The notes: generated by a model not told the origin, from the sequence alone. Shown: positions 22,101 through 35,681, counted from the whole stretch's first letter. The stretch: 62,734 nucleotides of DNA, filler included, from Sphacelaria rigidula (GCA_964200075.2; 9 parts of 9 records of this genome joined end to end with filler, not necessarily neighbours in it), one strand, 5' to 3'. Program-made: numbers and translations.

Positions 22101-25100
22101 TGAGCCAAGATAGTGCCAAGGTAGTCGTTGTGTGTTGTTTCATGCTGCGCGGACGTAACCACCCCCAAAAGAGGACTGTTCCCGCATCAATGCTGCTGCC
22201 CCCCCCTTATTGGCTGCCGTGCTGTTGTTCTAGATGACTTGTGTTGATCGGTGCCATACAGACCGTTGCCACGCGCGATGCCCGCCGGCTAGCCAGGATT
22301 GGCGCATGTTGCGATACAGATACAGTTGGTACCGGGGAGATAACCAAGCTTTCTACCCACGAGACATCATACAGCTGACGTAGACACGGATCGTGCGCGA
22401 CCTCGTGTGTTCGAGTGCTGCTTCCTTCTGGAAGTATACCGTACGCTTGCTTCACGACTTCGGGCTTGTTAAAATACTATCGATACTGGCTGAATGTGTT
22501 TTTCTAGCTCCTCTGTTGCCGCTGTCCTGGGCTGCAGCAAGCTAATAAAGGGAAATGCAGCCCACACCAGGCCTGAACAAATACCCGAACAGCTCAATCT
22601 TGATCTCTCTGCGGCACATGAAGCTTGCGTAACGCACGTGCATCCACCAACAGTCCAAATCAAATCTGTACAAGAGTCATGGAAACGAACGACAAAAAGG
22701 CTGATTCCAGTTTCACCTTTCGGGACCGGACCCGTAGTAGGCAAGAAGTGGGTCAGACGTGAACGTGATCACCGTGGGGGTGACCAGTTCCTCGGGGGAT
22801 GTTGGGCCGCCCTGAGATTGGGCTCTTCCTGGCATCACCCCGAGTTGTCTACTATCGTTGGCATTACAGGGCCTCCGTGATCAGGTCTTTTCGGACCGTT
22901 CCTACCTTGTACCTGCATGCGCTGGTTCTTCACAAATGTGTGGCATCAGTCTCTGATATGTCACTGCAAAGGAAGTCATCGCCAGCCTCGGAGTCCCTCC
23001 GGCATCAGGACGACATCTTCAACGATAGTCTCCCCCGTAGGTCTCTGTCTACCCTAGTGATACGCCTTCTTCATATTGGCGACACCAGAAAACAAACTCA
23101 GGCAAGACAGTCATCAGAAGAAAACGCAACATTACACCATGCCGAGAAAAAAAGCCGTCTCACAAGACATCCAACCAACATGGCGGAAACCACGCGGGAA
23201 CCAACCCGACCAGCAGAAAAACAACTCAAGTGAAGGACAACGCAAACACCATCGAGCGTCAATCCAAATATGTCAACCCATCTACTTCGGCCTCGTCGGC
23301 AAAGGCTGCAAAGTCAAGGGACGCAGCCCAGCCAGCTATAACTGTGTTGGCTAACACGTCCATGCCAGCCCAGTCACCATACCACCACGGGGGGGAAGAT
23401 GGCAGTGACGACTCTGACAATTCTGAACAGAGCATTGATATTCGTCAAGTATCCACGGGACGGCTCGATGTGTTACGCGATTCTTCGACCTCGTCCTCAC
23501 CCTCTCCGCCAGCCCCAGCATCACAGTCCGTCATGAAAGAGCGGGCAGCGGAACTAGCACACAACACGCTGGAGAGGAGCGGTAAGGAGAGGACGAAGCC
23601 AGCTCCATGGGTAATGCAAGCGTTAGGATTCATTATACCTCAGGACAACGGGATCGCACAGGTATCGACGTCTTGCAACCCGGTAGCACCAGAAATTGAA
23701 CATCCGAGTAACAGTTGGATGCTACAGAACAATACGAATAACCCCTCGGATAGTGTCAACGAATCCGTCGAAAATTCCGGCGTCGAACTGCCTAACACTA
23801 CGCCAATCCAATTCACAGAGAACTCTACTACCCCGACTTGAGATCCGCCAAGAAGCCTCGCTACCGTACAGGAAGATAATCACAACATAGAGACTCTGTC
23901 CGGTTCAGTGCTGACTCCGCCGCTTATAAGCCACAGCAGCACTATGGGAACTCAAATATTCTCGATGAAACAACCGGATCTCTCGACAACGTTAGTCCTA
24001 GAAGGGAAACGGAGTGAGGACGTGTCTGCAATTCTCGGCGCGTTTTTAATTTGAGTTCGAATTCACGCTCCTGACGACGGCGCAGAATCCACGTTACAAC
24101 GCCATGCCATAAAACACACACCACGTATCCTCAGAGGGCCACCTCAAAAGTTGTACACTTCCATGGGGAGCGGAAAAGTAGAGCGGCGTCCACCGGCAAT
24201 GATACAAGACCTCAAATCGAGAGGACAAGATACTGCGCCCAGAGCACAGAAGTGGATCTAGTAGCAAAACCCCCAGTACGGTGAGATCCGCCACGGGTAA
24301 ACAAGTTCAGCAGTCATGCTCGTATACGTTTTGTAAGTGCAGGGAACACCATACGCTGGGAAACTACCAACAGGCCAAGAAGCACAGGGAGGAAATGATC
24401 GCCCTTGGCCTTTGAAGGTGCCCGCCGCGGAATCCCTCGCCTGGCGAGGGGAAAGTGCGTTTAGCGAAAAGAGTAACTACCATAGCACAGTCGACGTTCA
24501 AGACAAAGCAGGTAGCACGCATGACGCTGAGTAGTGATGAACCGAGGGAAAAGCTCTCTCGTCGGTAAGATCGGAAAGAGCGTGTGGCTTTCTGGAAGTA
24601 CAGTACAGTAGCCCCGTCAATGAGATCGAGTGCGATTTCTCACCAAGAGGTAGTAAAAGTACATGCTAGAGTCAAGCAGAAGCTCAAAGTGAGCAACACA
24701 AGTCGAAAAGAGGTGCCGTGTAGCCAGCCTCCGTACTTCGAATAGTTTCTAAGCAGCCGTTAGAACAGCTGTAAAGAAGCGATACATCGGACACTAGTCC
24801 AAAATTCGTCGAAAATGAAGCTCAACTCGTAGTGTCATGTTACATTCTGCGCGGTACGCCAAGGAATCCGTAATGTCATGTCCCATTTCAACACATGTTC
24901 AACCTGCCACGAGAATGAACGACTCTATACTTAGGGGCTGTTGATTCCACATAGGAACTACCCACAATTCCTCTAAAAGATCGTTCCATCACATAGATTT
25001 TTTTATTTAGCACCTGGATATTTGAATCTGGATCTTTAAGTGGAACAATCACCGTTCAACAACGAGGAGAGTGGGCTTGCTTGCTACAACGTAGCCCTTC

Positions 25101-27750
25101 CGTAAAGTCATGCAAGAGATTGCATGTAGAGGTGGTTACAGAGGCTGGTACGCGGGAGCAAGAGTAAGATGTTGAGTAACCGGCATCGACACCTGGGCGC
25201 AGCCTCCCACAATGCTTCGTGAGTAAGACATGTCGGGAAAAATAGTACAAAAACCGATTACATTTTTGACTCAAGATTCTCAACAATTCGAAGCTTTCCA
25301 CGTGTCATCGTTAGCTCGATACCCGAAGGGACCTGCAACGATGCATCCGGCTTCGGTAAGAGTCCAAGTGCCAGCTAGGGTGACTATAGTGCTGTGCAAG
25401 GCGATGGCCTCCGACCTACCTATTATCAGCCTCAAGTTCACCCATTCGCATCCCACTCTGAACACGGCGGACATCAAATCAGTTCCAAACGGGTCTTTGG
25501 CTCTTAGAAGCGCGGACAATTCACCCATCAAAGTAGTCGGCTTCATTCGTTTCGACCTCACGTTTGGGGGAAAACCATGCCCGTTGAAACATTCCTTTTG
25601 CGCGATTTGGGTCCATACTGCACGCTGATCAATAATTCACTGATGGCAGCGTTTGGAGGCATTTAGACTGGGAAGCTGAGACATTGTCGTTCCGAAATTC
25701 CAGTGTTAGAGACAAACCTACACACAAGACACGGAACGGGCAAAACAATTCTACACGCAGGGGCCATGATACATGTTCCGTTGTCAGAGTAGAAACTGCG
25801 GCGGAACTTATCCCGGTATATCTGCGAAGAAAACGTTGTGTTCCTCCGCAAAGTGAGATGACCCTTCATATCGGATCTGATGAACATCCTGAAGTGACAT
25901 TCACTGCAATAATTGAGCCGCACGTCGTCACAGAATAGGACGTTCAATCGTTGGACATACCACAGGCTTTCAACCGTCTGATCGTGGCATGAACGGTTTG
26001 TACATGGTCAGCGGTGAATAATGCAGCCATGGTTCAGTTCGCCAATACATCCAGCAGGCATGTCTGTATTGAGCGAAACACTCTGTGAGGATACATCACA
26101 CCTAAATCAGAAGTCCGGACAGTGAAAACGACCGCCACAGTGCAGTCGCCGAAAATGAACAAAACACTACCGACACCCGTCAAGAGTTGGGGAAGGCACT
26201 CAAAAATACTTTTACAAACACCGCATTTTCGCAAGAACATGAAGACCAAGTCCTCGAACGTTGCACTAAATACTGGGCAGTCTTTTCGCTTTCACCGCAG
26301 GAGATAGGGTGCTGCAGAAAAGGTGAAGCTACATCTCCACTCCGACGGGATACACAACCAGTCGACAGACCTCCCCACAGCGCCAACCCAAGAGTACAAG
26401 AAGTCATCGACAAGTGTGAACACGAATAGGAAAGAGACGGCATTATTCAGCAAAGAGCTAGCCCTAGGGGCTCTGCGGTGACTGTTGTCGCTAAAAGTGA
26501 TGGTACAGCTAGAAAACAACCTTCGTCCCGAGCATAAATTAATGGGTATTCAATCGCTTCCTATTCGGATAAGCGTCCTCCCTGTTGTTTTTTTCACGAA
26601 AAATTGCTTTCTCTTTCGCACACTTTGGACCGGAAAGTGGCCTCCTGGTGTACATGAACGATTTAATCGCGTTTTCTCCTTGGGAAAGCCACCTGACTCT
26701 ACTTGAGGACAAATTCAAGCAGCGGGCCTCACCCTGAAACCGTCAAAAGTACAGTTTGGGCCAAAGGAATTCAAATATCTAGGGCATGCTTTGTCAGCGA
26801 AGGCATTAAGATAGGCGATGACCGTATTAAAGCAATACTGGACCTACCAAAACCGACAAACATCAAACATTTGTGCTCATTGGTCAGCATGATTAATTTT
26901 GTGAGACGGTTCACATTAAACGTGGCCGAGGTCACTGCACTCTTGGTTCACTGCACCCTTTGTTGATCTCACAAAGAAAGAAGCGCTCAAGAAGTAGCAA
27001 CGTTGGAAGGCAGAACATGACGAATCTCGCGCGGAAGTGAAACGACTTTTGACGACTGCTCCAGTTTTACTCTTCCCTGACTTCTCTAAAGAATTCGTGG
27101 TTCAAGTTGATGCCAACAATCAAGGAGTGGGGGCCCACCTATGGCAAAAGAAAGGCGATGACCAAGCGATCATACCTAACTTCAGTCGACGTTTTAACGA
27201 TGCCCTAAGGCACTATCTGCGACCTTCAAGGGATGCTATGCTGTAATTTTGGCGATCCAACATCGGCGGTCTTTCTCATGGTGCAGGCATTTCATTCGTG
27301 TGACGGACCACGCGGCGCTGCGATATCTGTATACGATGCAAGATACAAGAAATATCCTTATAAGGTGGGCTGTTGCTTTGTAGTAATATGACTTTACGAT
27401 GCAGCGTAAGCCGGGAAAACTAAATTCCATACCCGACACTCTATCATGACTCTTTAAATTTGAGCAACAGCAGGAAGACGAAGTTAAACCACTACTTGCT
27501 CCGATTTGTCGTAATGTGCTGGAGGGCCCCGCAATACACACCACAAAACTGCACCAGCCGTTTTAATTCTCGGTGGACGAACTGGTTGATCTAAAATCAA
27601 TACAAAGCGACAGGGAATCGTTTACTGTAAAGTCTGTCTACAGCAGCCCAACCAATGTCTCTATATCTGTAAACAGGGAAAAGTTGGCAAGCAGAACAGG
27701 CAAGAAAATATAGCCCGTACATGACACTTTCCACAATACCCACCCCCCCC
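22101..27750 (+). mobile_element. Ty3/gypsy LTR retrotransposon, strongly decayed (LTR, PBS, gag-like region, protease, partial RT, RNase H)
   Basis: Protease-region LRSADNSPIKVVGFIRFDLTFGG (~25500); RT end LKPSKVQFGPKEFKYLGH (~26735); RNase H LLTTAPVLLFPDFSKEFVVQVDANNQGVGAHL and VTDHAALRYL (27037-27330); PBS-like TGGCATCAGTC at 22941. Many stops; the RT catalytic segment is not visible. Confidence 0.88.
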
Positions 27751-27929
27751 CTAAAATCAGCAATGAGTACGCTCCCCCCCCCCCCCCAAAAACCAACCCA
27801 ACACTTCCACCAAACAATCGTCATACAAANNNNNNNNNNNNNNNNNNNNNNNNNNNNNNNNNNNNNNNNNNNNTTAATTAATTAANNNNNNNNNNNNNNN
27901 NNNNNNNNNNNNNNNNNNNNNNNNNNNNN

Positions 27930-28660
27930 CGTGTGGAGGGCAAGAACGCGTTGGAGAACTACGCGTACTCGATGAGGAACACTGTGAACGAGGAGAAGGT
28001 GAGACAGTCGATGTTGGTTGCACCCACCTACGCGGGAAGGAATCGCTGTGAGTGTGGAGCGTGTGCCGGAAATCACAAGTCGGCGTTTAGTATTGAGAGT
28101 TTTGTATTCCGTGAGGTGGCGTTTTGTCCCCCGAAGGAGATGAATGTGACGGGGGGATGATACGTCATTGCATCGCAGGGGTTGAGTGGAGGCTGACATG
28201 CCGCAGTCGAGATGATGAAGGGTTGGGTTGTGTAATATCGAGCTGACCGCAATCGATGATGTGTGATGTGTTGACGTTGAGAATGTACGTGAAGGCGGAC
28301 CGGTACATTGGTGTTGGCAGAAACGACAAATTGGTTGTGTGTTGAATTCCCGCACAGGTGTCGGCGCAGCTGGACGAGTCGGACAAGACGACAATCGAGA
28401 CGAAGATCTCTGAGACGATCGCGTGGTTGGACTCGAACCAAAACGCGGAGAAGGAGGAGTACGAAGAGAAGCAGAAGGAGCTTGAGGCCGTGTGCAACCC
28501 GATCATCCAGAAGATGGCAGCTGCGGGCGGCGGGATGCCCGGTGGAATGCCCGGTGGGATGCCGGACATGTCGGGTGCTGGCTTCCCCGGGGGCGATGGC
28601 GGAGCCCCTGCCCCTGAGGCGGAGGCGGACGCCGGGCCGAAGATCGAGGAGATTGACTAG
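27930..28660 (+). CDS. HSP70: Cytosolic heat shock protein 70, 3' part (exons <27930-27998 and 28358-28660; GT-AG intron 27999-28357)
   Basis: [23 protein letters not shown] / [50 protein letters not shown]...[12 protein letters not shown]...GPKIEEID*. Phase-0 splice with canonical sites. Confidence 0.97.
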
Positions 28661-30748
28661 ATTATCTGGATGTTGAAAGGTTGCCGACAGAGGTTTCACA
28701 ACGCGCGGGGTGTCAAGCACACTGTACTGTTGTATATTGTAAGTGGAATTGACTCGGGGACTCGGGCTGATTTTGAAACCGAGATGGGCCCGTATTTCGC
28801 GATTGTGCCGTGTCATCACGCCACTGACCGGTGTTTCGAGGTCTTGGGTCGAGGATACTTTATGTTGCTACCGGTAGGGGGGTTCATCATTTCTATTTCG
28901 ATGTTTTCGTCTACCGTGCCCCGCATTCGAGAAATTGTGTAGACCCTGCTTGAACCGGCGATGCACGTCATGCTAAAATCGTCCTGAAACGGTGTAGCGA
29001 CCTCCTGGTCCGATCCTGAGAGCACTAGAAGCTCGTGTTGCTGTAAAAAACTAGAGGGGCGTCCCTTACGAAGTCTCATCTGGTGGAGTTTGCGAGGCGA
29101 AAAGTATTATCGGAGTGATAATTGGATATCCCGAAAGTGGGATGTGCATGCGGGATCAGGCCTTGGCCTCGGTGGTTATGGAGTGTCGTCGAAGTATTGA
29201 TTTATGCTGTAAATGTGGCAAAAACCGTGGTCAGTCATGAAAAGAGGAGCTTGGAACAAGAGTCCAGTGTACCGGAACGGGGTACAGCCACGGCTAACGG
29301 GTTTGCCTAGAGGCGGATTTGAGCTCCAGGAGCAATATCTTATCGACACGGTCGAGATGGGCCGTGACCCACATATCATATTGATCGTCAAACCAAGGGG
29401 CATGTACCCATCTGCCCAAAATTTTGGACCCACATTTTCGCTGATGAAACGCCATGTCTGGTGATCCCTATACATACAGGAGCTGGCTTCCATACTAGAC
29501 TGCATGAAACCCCCCATCGATGCATTCAGCGGATAATGACGCATTTTCATGTGGACATTCTCTGGAGCAAGGGGAGATACGATATCACTCATCTCCACCT
29601 ACCTCGTCATGGGGAACCACAAAGATGTGCCGAAGAAATATGCACCCATTTTTATGTGGGTCTCCTGACGAAAGGTTCTCAACTGTAGTAGAAGGTCCTG
29701 AACCAGTGAATCAAAATGAAGAAATACGTACCGAACCTACCTTGTCTATGCGTTCGAGAGCTCACACACCAGGTTCCAACACGAAAATTGAACGTGAGCC
29801 GGTGATTGGCCTGCGAAATACAGTTCCCGGTATCCACCGACTCGATTTTTCATGAGGCTCATGCTCTTGGAATTCAAGTTGGGCTCTGGAAGTTGGTATG
29901 GACCAAAGAATGGAATCGGCCCGCCCGTAGAGGGTAGAAACATGGCTGAGTATGGATTCGGCTCGTTCACACAGCGCCCATCCATACGGAAGAATGAATC
30001 GACTCGCTCACACAGAAGCCAAAACTGGTCTGTTATGAGTGGCCGCACGAACGATGCGCTATCACTGAGTGTAGAACCGGTCGGAGCACACCCAGTGCAG
30101 ACCCGGTCCGCTTCTACAGAATCTAGAGACGGATCGTTCACATCAAATGTAGAACCCCCTCTCCCCCCGGAACATGTGTACGGGACAGAACCAATTTTTT
30201 TCATATGGCAAGGGCATTTCGGTGACCCCTGAAAATTGACTATTTTCTACAAATGTAAAAAAACCTATTGTTTGATACTTCAGTATTTTTTTCTCTTGTG
30301 CCCTGTGCACTGTCTATACTAAATTTCAGGACCCAACTCTATAAGTATGACAAAGCATGGGCCTGCACACTTCAAATCCACCCCTAAGCTGGCCCAGCTC
30401 GCATACCTCGCCCGAAAACTAGGCTTTCTCACCTTCTCGTTGGCGAATATCCCAGCGACGCAAGCAATCTCATACGTCTCTTCTGACTTTGACATCGGGA
30501 CGACCTTGTGTTCCATGACAGATGAGTGCTCGAAATATCGAGGAACTACACGGACATTGCCGTGTTTGATATATTGACACTCACGGCAGCCGTCAACCAC
30601 ACCACACTGATGAGGGTAGTTTACTCTCCAAAATAAGTTGCATATTGCTTCTCACCGGTTTTTGTGGCGTCGCTCTTATTTTTTTTCATTATTGTGGTAA
30701 TGTGTCTGGTAAGGAATAGCAGGGACGGTATTGGAAAGTCAAGCCTAC

Positions 30749-30817
30749 GTCTGTGACCACGGGTTCGCAAGATCGGACTAATGTACGGAAATAATAATAA
30801 TAATCATAATAATAATT
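30749..30817 (+). mobile_element. 3' end of a non-LTR retroelement with (TAA)n tail; second copy at ~51443-51503
   Basis: GTCTGTGACCACGGGTTCGC(A/G)AGATCGGACTAATGT(A/G)CGGAAATAATAA is near-identical in two contigs and followed by TAA-type repeats. Confidence 0.75.
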
Positions 30818-33453
30818 GCGAAAAAAACGCCGGGTTATCAAGGCATGAGGGTTTATGTTTGCGGCACACCGTTCTTGCTCTCAAGTTGTTGGCTTGTACC
30901 TTGATACTGAAAGGGGTCCAGTCTCCCCCTCCCCCGTCAACCATGGGGTAGAAACGAGGTTTGAATCGCATGACACCGTCGAAAGATTCTTCGGCACTCG
31001 GCTGGAGCATTGTGGCACGCCCTTGTGGGCCTTCACGGAACCCGTGGTCACCCGTCGATTAAGGGGGAAAAGCGAAGGCTGTGAATGGAAAACATACTCA
31101 CACATGGGATGGCATCGCGAATTGGATACAACGCTACAGAGGAAATGCTACTGTCCGAGTCAACCCGGATAGCCTTGCATCGGCCTGTTCGACGCGCTCC
31201 TTACGAAGTGTCACTGAAAGGGGTTGACTACTTATTATACAGCCGTGTATACTCCACTCGAACTTTGAAAAGATTGAGTACGGCCTAAAATACTCGACTC
31301 AAATATTGAGTAAGCACTCTCAGTGAAGACGTGAGTATAAAGTTGCACCTCAGTATGACCTGAACACTCGCCCCAGATAGTCCACCCGACTTACCCGTCG
31401 TATATTTGAAAAAATGTTGCCGCCTGTCTTGCCCACCACACAGCGTGTGGTGACCCTCAGGTAGGCATTCTTCTCGTAAAGCAAAATAGCTCATTTCGCA
31501 GCTTGTAGCCGGCTTCGCTCATGTCTTTGAGCCACACGGTACTTGCCGTCGTTCTCCAAAAGCCTTATCATCAAAATGCAATAATTGAATATTTTTACTG
31601 TTCTAAAAATCAAGTAAACATTTTGAGGTGTCTCGATACAGGGTATGATAGCTCATGTCAGACTACATGAGCGCTTTGTATAGGCGATATTGGCGACACG
31701 AATCTAAATCCTGCGAATCCCTGGCTGGGTTGTGTGCTCGGCTTGTGTCATAGCGATTTAGATTCTCCTTCCTCAAACAGGTACTATTCCGAGGGGGGCC
31801 ATCGCGGCGTTATTTTAGTACTTGGTCAAACCTTGCGCCATGGCCAACGCCCCGTCCCCGCCAAGTCGCATTTTGACACTCCGAGAGGTTATGTTCTGTT
31901 CCTCCAAGAAATATGTTGAATCAACCCTTGCACATGTTCACTTTTCTTCGCGACAGTTCACACAGCACGTGGCGCAAAAACACGGTGCGTGCAGTACATT
32001 GAAGTATTGAAGCCAAACCAAGGCAAAGCTCATCCACGCTGTAGCTGCATGCTAGTATAAATTTTATCGGTCCGAAGGAGTTTATAGCGATGCAGTCCCC
32101 TTACAGTTGCGTCACTATAGCACTACCGTGCGTGTGAACGTGTGCGTGAGTGTGTACTTGTGGAATATCATACAAGAGTAAAAAGAGCGGTGCGTAGCGT
32201 GTGTTGCACTCCCAAATACTTCCCAAATTCCGAAATGCAGATACAAAACGCGACGATATTTTCACTTCGTAGAAAAACCGGCAGATACATTGTACGGTTC
32301 GTCATTAACTGAGAAGAAGCCAAAATCGTGTAAAAAATCATGGACGTCAAGAGGGGTGGTATCTTCAATCCTCAGCACTGCAAATCTAACGTTATTAACG
32401 TGCAACAAGTCATGAACAATCCGCTTCTCGCTACGATGAAGAGAGAGCAAAACGCCGTCGCACCGCTTCAAAGATACAACAACTACATGCTGGCGCTTTC
32501 ACCAACCGCGCCCCCCCTGCCCCTGCCACATACCCATTGCCCAGCGAGGTGGCAACTGTGAACTGCGCAACAATAAGACAAACGAGAACAATCGATCAAT
32601 TGCTGAACGATTCTTTTTCTCTACAGTGGGAAAATGCCACTGGTGCACCGGAATAAGACATCAAGAGTTTCCTCCAGGTCTACAAAATTTCTGGTCGATA
32701 AACCACATTTTTCGGGCGAGGTCATCTTCGGTTCCTTATCTCTCTTGCCAAAAAATGACGTCGTATCCAAGGTATCCTCATCGATCGATCAAGGATTTTC
32801 GACCAATCCGGCTTTCCCGTTAGTTTTTCTTGTTCTTCTTGAAAGAAACAGAAAACTGCGGGCACGTTTCCCCCATCTTCTATACAGAACCTAAATCTGT
32901 TGGAAACCAAAACGAAAACAGCAATCGTTTTCATGCCCTCCAACCCCCGATTAGACAACGCAACCGACACTGGTCAAAATGCAACCAGCGTCGGCTTGGA
33001 ATCGATCAGTGTAGGCGCGAAATCATGTTGGGTTACGGAGGAGCATGGTGCCATAACGTTTCCCACCCCGGCGGCGCGTTTGAAACCACCGACAGCAATC
33101 TGAATAAAAATAAAAGCGACCATACTCGTGTGTGGCGTTCGGTCGCTGTGTCCCTGCAGAAATCCCAACCCCCCGCGCAGCGTTGCCACCGCCCATTTTC
33201 TTACAACACTGAAGAGCAGAGTAGACATGGCGAGAAGACAAATATGTGCAACAACAACGAAAACAACAGCAACAACAACGAACAATTAATCATGTCTTAC
33301 GGTTGTGCTCTCACCTTCTCCATCCCCCGCAGATACGTCTATGCGTACACACACACACGCACACACACACACCCATGCACACGAGCTTCTCGGTAAAAAA
33401 AAAAAAAACGTGTGGTCCGTATAACTATGAATGACACTACACTCACACCACTA

Positions 33454-34098
33454 CTAGGACGATGATGCACCACCCTTTCCCCCTGAGCCTGCACTGCTTC
33501 CCGCCCTTCCCCCTGAACCCGCATTGTTTCCCCCTCTCAAGCCTGCACTACTGCCCGCTCTTCCCCCAGAGTTTGCACTGCTCCCCGATTTCCCCCCCGT
33601 GCCTGTACTGCTGCCAGCTTTCCCCCCCCCCGCGCCGACCGCCCCTCCACCGCTCCCGACTGGCCGCCCCCGCGCCCCTGAACTTGATCCCCCTCCCCCT
33701 CGTCCTCCCCCATTTGCACCCGCACCCCCCCGGCCGCCACTAGCACCCTTTCCACTGGCACCCCCTCGCCCCCCGGCGCTTGACCCTCGAGTAATGCCCA
33801 CGCCCCGGCCACCGCCGCCACCGTTCTTGCGTCCCCTACTGCTCGAGGCTGAGGAGCTCCTTATAACTTCGGTGCGTTCGATATCCATGGCGCTGCTGCT
33901 CGTCGCGGACGATGCTGTGTTTTGTTCGAATTCCGATTCGGAGCTGGTGTCGCTGTCCGAGCCCTGGAGGATGGCTTGCTCCGCTCGCCACATGGCTTTC
34001 CACTGCTTGTAGTGGTTGGTCTTTTTCCACATGTAGTAAAACTCGACCACGTCCGCCACCGTCTTGCCGTCTATGTGTGCCGCTACCTTGTGGAACAC
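33454..34098 (-). CDS. Last exon of a SANT/Myb-like domain protein (ELM2-SANT corepressor type) with a Ser/Gly/Arg-rich tail
   Basis: After the acceptor ...CCGATACAG: VFHKVAAHIDGKTVADVVEFYYMWKKT, matching the SANT C-terminal KTV.D.VEFYY.WKK pattern. 645-nt open frame to TAG. Confidence 0.88.
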   Translation of the reverse strand: MFHKVAAHIDGKTVADVVEFYYMWKKTNHYKQWKAMWRAEQAILQGSDSDTSSESEFEQNTASSATSSSAMDIERTEVIRSSSASSSRGRKNGGGGGRGVGITRGSSAGGRGGASGKGASGGRGGAGANGGGRGGGGSSSGARGRPVGSGGGAVGAGGGKAGSSTGTGGKSGSSANSGGRAGSSAGLRGGNNAGSGGRAGSSAGSGGKGGASSS

Positions 34099-35334
34099 CT
34101 GTATCGGAAGGTGGATGCGGAACAACACGCCCGTTGGCGAGGGGGGTAGGGATGGGGGGAGGGGGGCGTACTCATTTGTTGCTTGCCTTAGTCGTGTGAC
34201 CATTGACCACGCATCCCTTTCGAGACGGAGCACCCTCCCTACTCCTAATAGAGACACCTCCAACATTCCGGCGCTCATTTTACGTTTCTTCCATAGCGCA
34301 TTACGGTTCTTCCATACATTGCGCCAAAACCTTTTACACATCTGATCCCCGTCCTCAGGGGGGTAGGGAGGGGAGGGAACGTCGACGCTACGTTACCACA
34401 TATTGTTGCTATTCGACTGGGTCAGTGCTTCGGCAAGGCCGTTTGTTCCTTGTTGTTTGCCATGTTCATTATTCGTCCTCCATTATGTGGTACGCAATTG
34501 AAGGAGCCAGCACAGGGGAGAGGGGAGATACCAAGACATCTCACGACCCTCTTCCTGGACAGATAAAACCTGTGTGGGTGCACGCGACGCCAAAATGCAG
34601 TGATAACGCAGCTCTACAAGAGGGAACGAAGGAAGAGAGATGTATCACCTTCTCTTTTTCACCATCAATCAAAGGAGCACCGACATTGTCGGGAGAGCGC
34701 TAATCGATGAGACGAGGGGGGGGGGGGGGGGGGGGGGGGACAAAAGAAAAAAACATAGGGGGGGGGGGGAGGAGGGAGGGGAGGCGGGGGGGGGGGAGGG
34801 ATGGTAGGGGNNNNNNNNNNNNNNNNNNNNNNNNNNNNNNNNNNNNNNNNNNNNTTAATTAATTAANNNNNNNNNNNNNNNNNNNNNNNNNNNNNNNNNN
34901 NNNNNNNNNNCACACACACCGAAAGGTGTAGACTGGTGCCCAGAATAAATGGGACGACAACACACACACACACATTGCATTTGTCTTTGTTCTGTTTCCT
35001 TGCCCCCCCCTCCCCCGCGCGCAGTCATTCTATGATGTGACCACGACTGGATCGTTGGGGATCGGTTAATGTGCGACAACCAATCAAGTCGACCTACCAA
35101 AGTCGTTGCGGGATTACGAACGACCCGAAACGCCTACTGGTTGTTTTTTTCTCGTCAACGTCGTTTCTCCGACCACCATTGCACGTGGCTGCCTCGGAGG
35201 AAATCAAAATACACCCGTCAACGTTTCTACACTGTTTATGCTATCCCACTCACATCTCTTACCGGGTGCGTAGCCAAAAATTGCCCGTGTGCGCTTGTCA
35301 TTGTGTGATAGCACCGGATAGTACAAAGCCGGTC

Positions 35335-35681
35335 GCCCCGTTCACTCAGTCCGTAAACCCGAAACATTTTGACGGTCGGGGGGTGAGTTCGAATCTCGGC
35401 GAAGTCACACGACCTGGACTTTTTGTCACATCATGCCCAACACTAGAGAGCGATCTATGTCGTGGCTGCACAAAGTTCGACTTTACAGTCGACGAGGGAA
35501 AGGGATCACTGGACCTTCCTCCCACTGTAAAAAAAGGCAGGCGCGGCAGAAGCAGGGTAGAGTACCAAAACAAGATAAAAAAAGAACGGTTTTAACCTTC
35601 CTCATGTGTGACCCCAGCTGATACACCCACATCTACCGAAAGGTGTAGACTGGCGTTCAGAATAAATGAGGTGACAGAAAC
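35335..35681 (+). mobile_element. tRNA-derived SINE; 3' end of a second copy at 34918-34975
   Basis: A-box-like TCACTCAGTCCGTAAA and B box GTTCGAATC (35387-35395). The 3' segment CCGAAAGGTGTAGACTGG....CAGAATAAATG is repeated at 34919 followed by (CA)n. Confidence 0.6.

Noticed and set aside
28073-28819. 248-aa ORF antisense to HSP70
   Set aside because: Shadow ORF caused by HSP70 codon bias; it runs through the HSP70 intron and 3' UTR and shows no domain.
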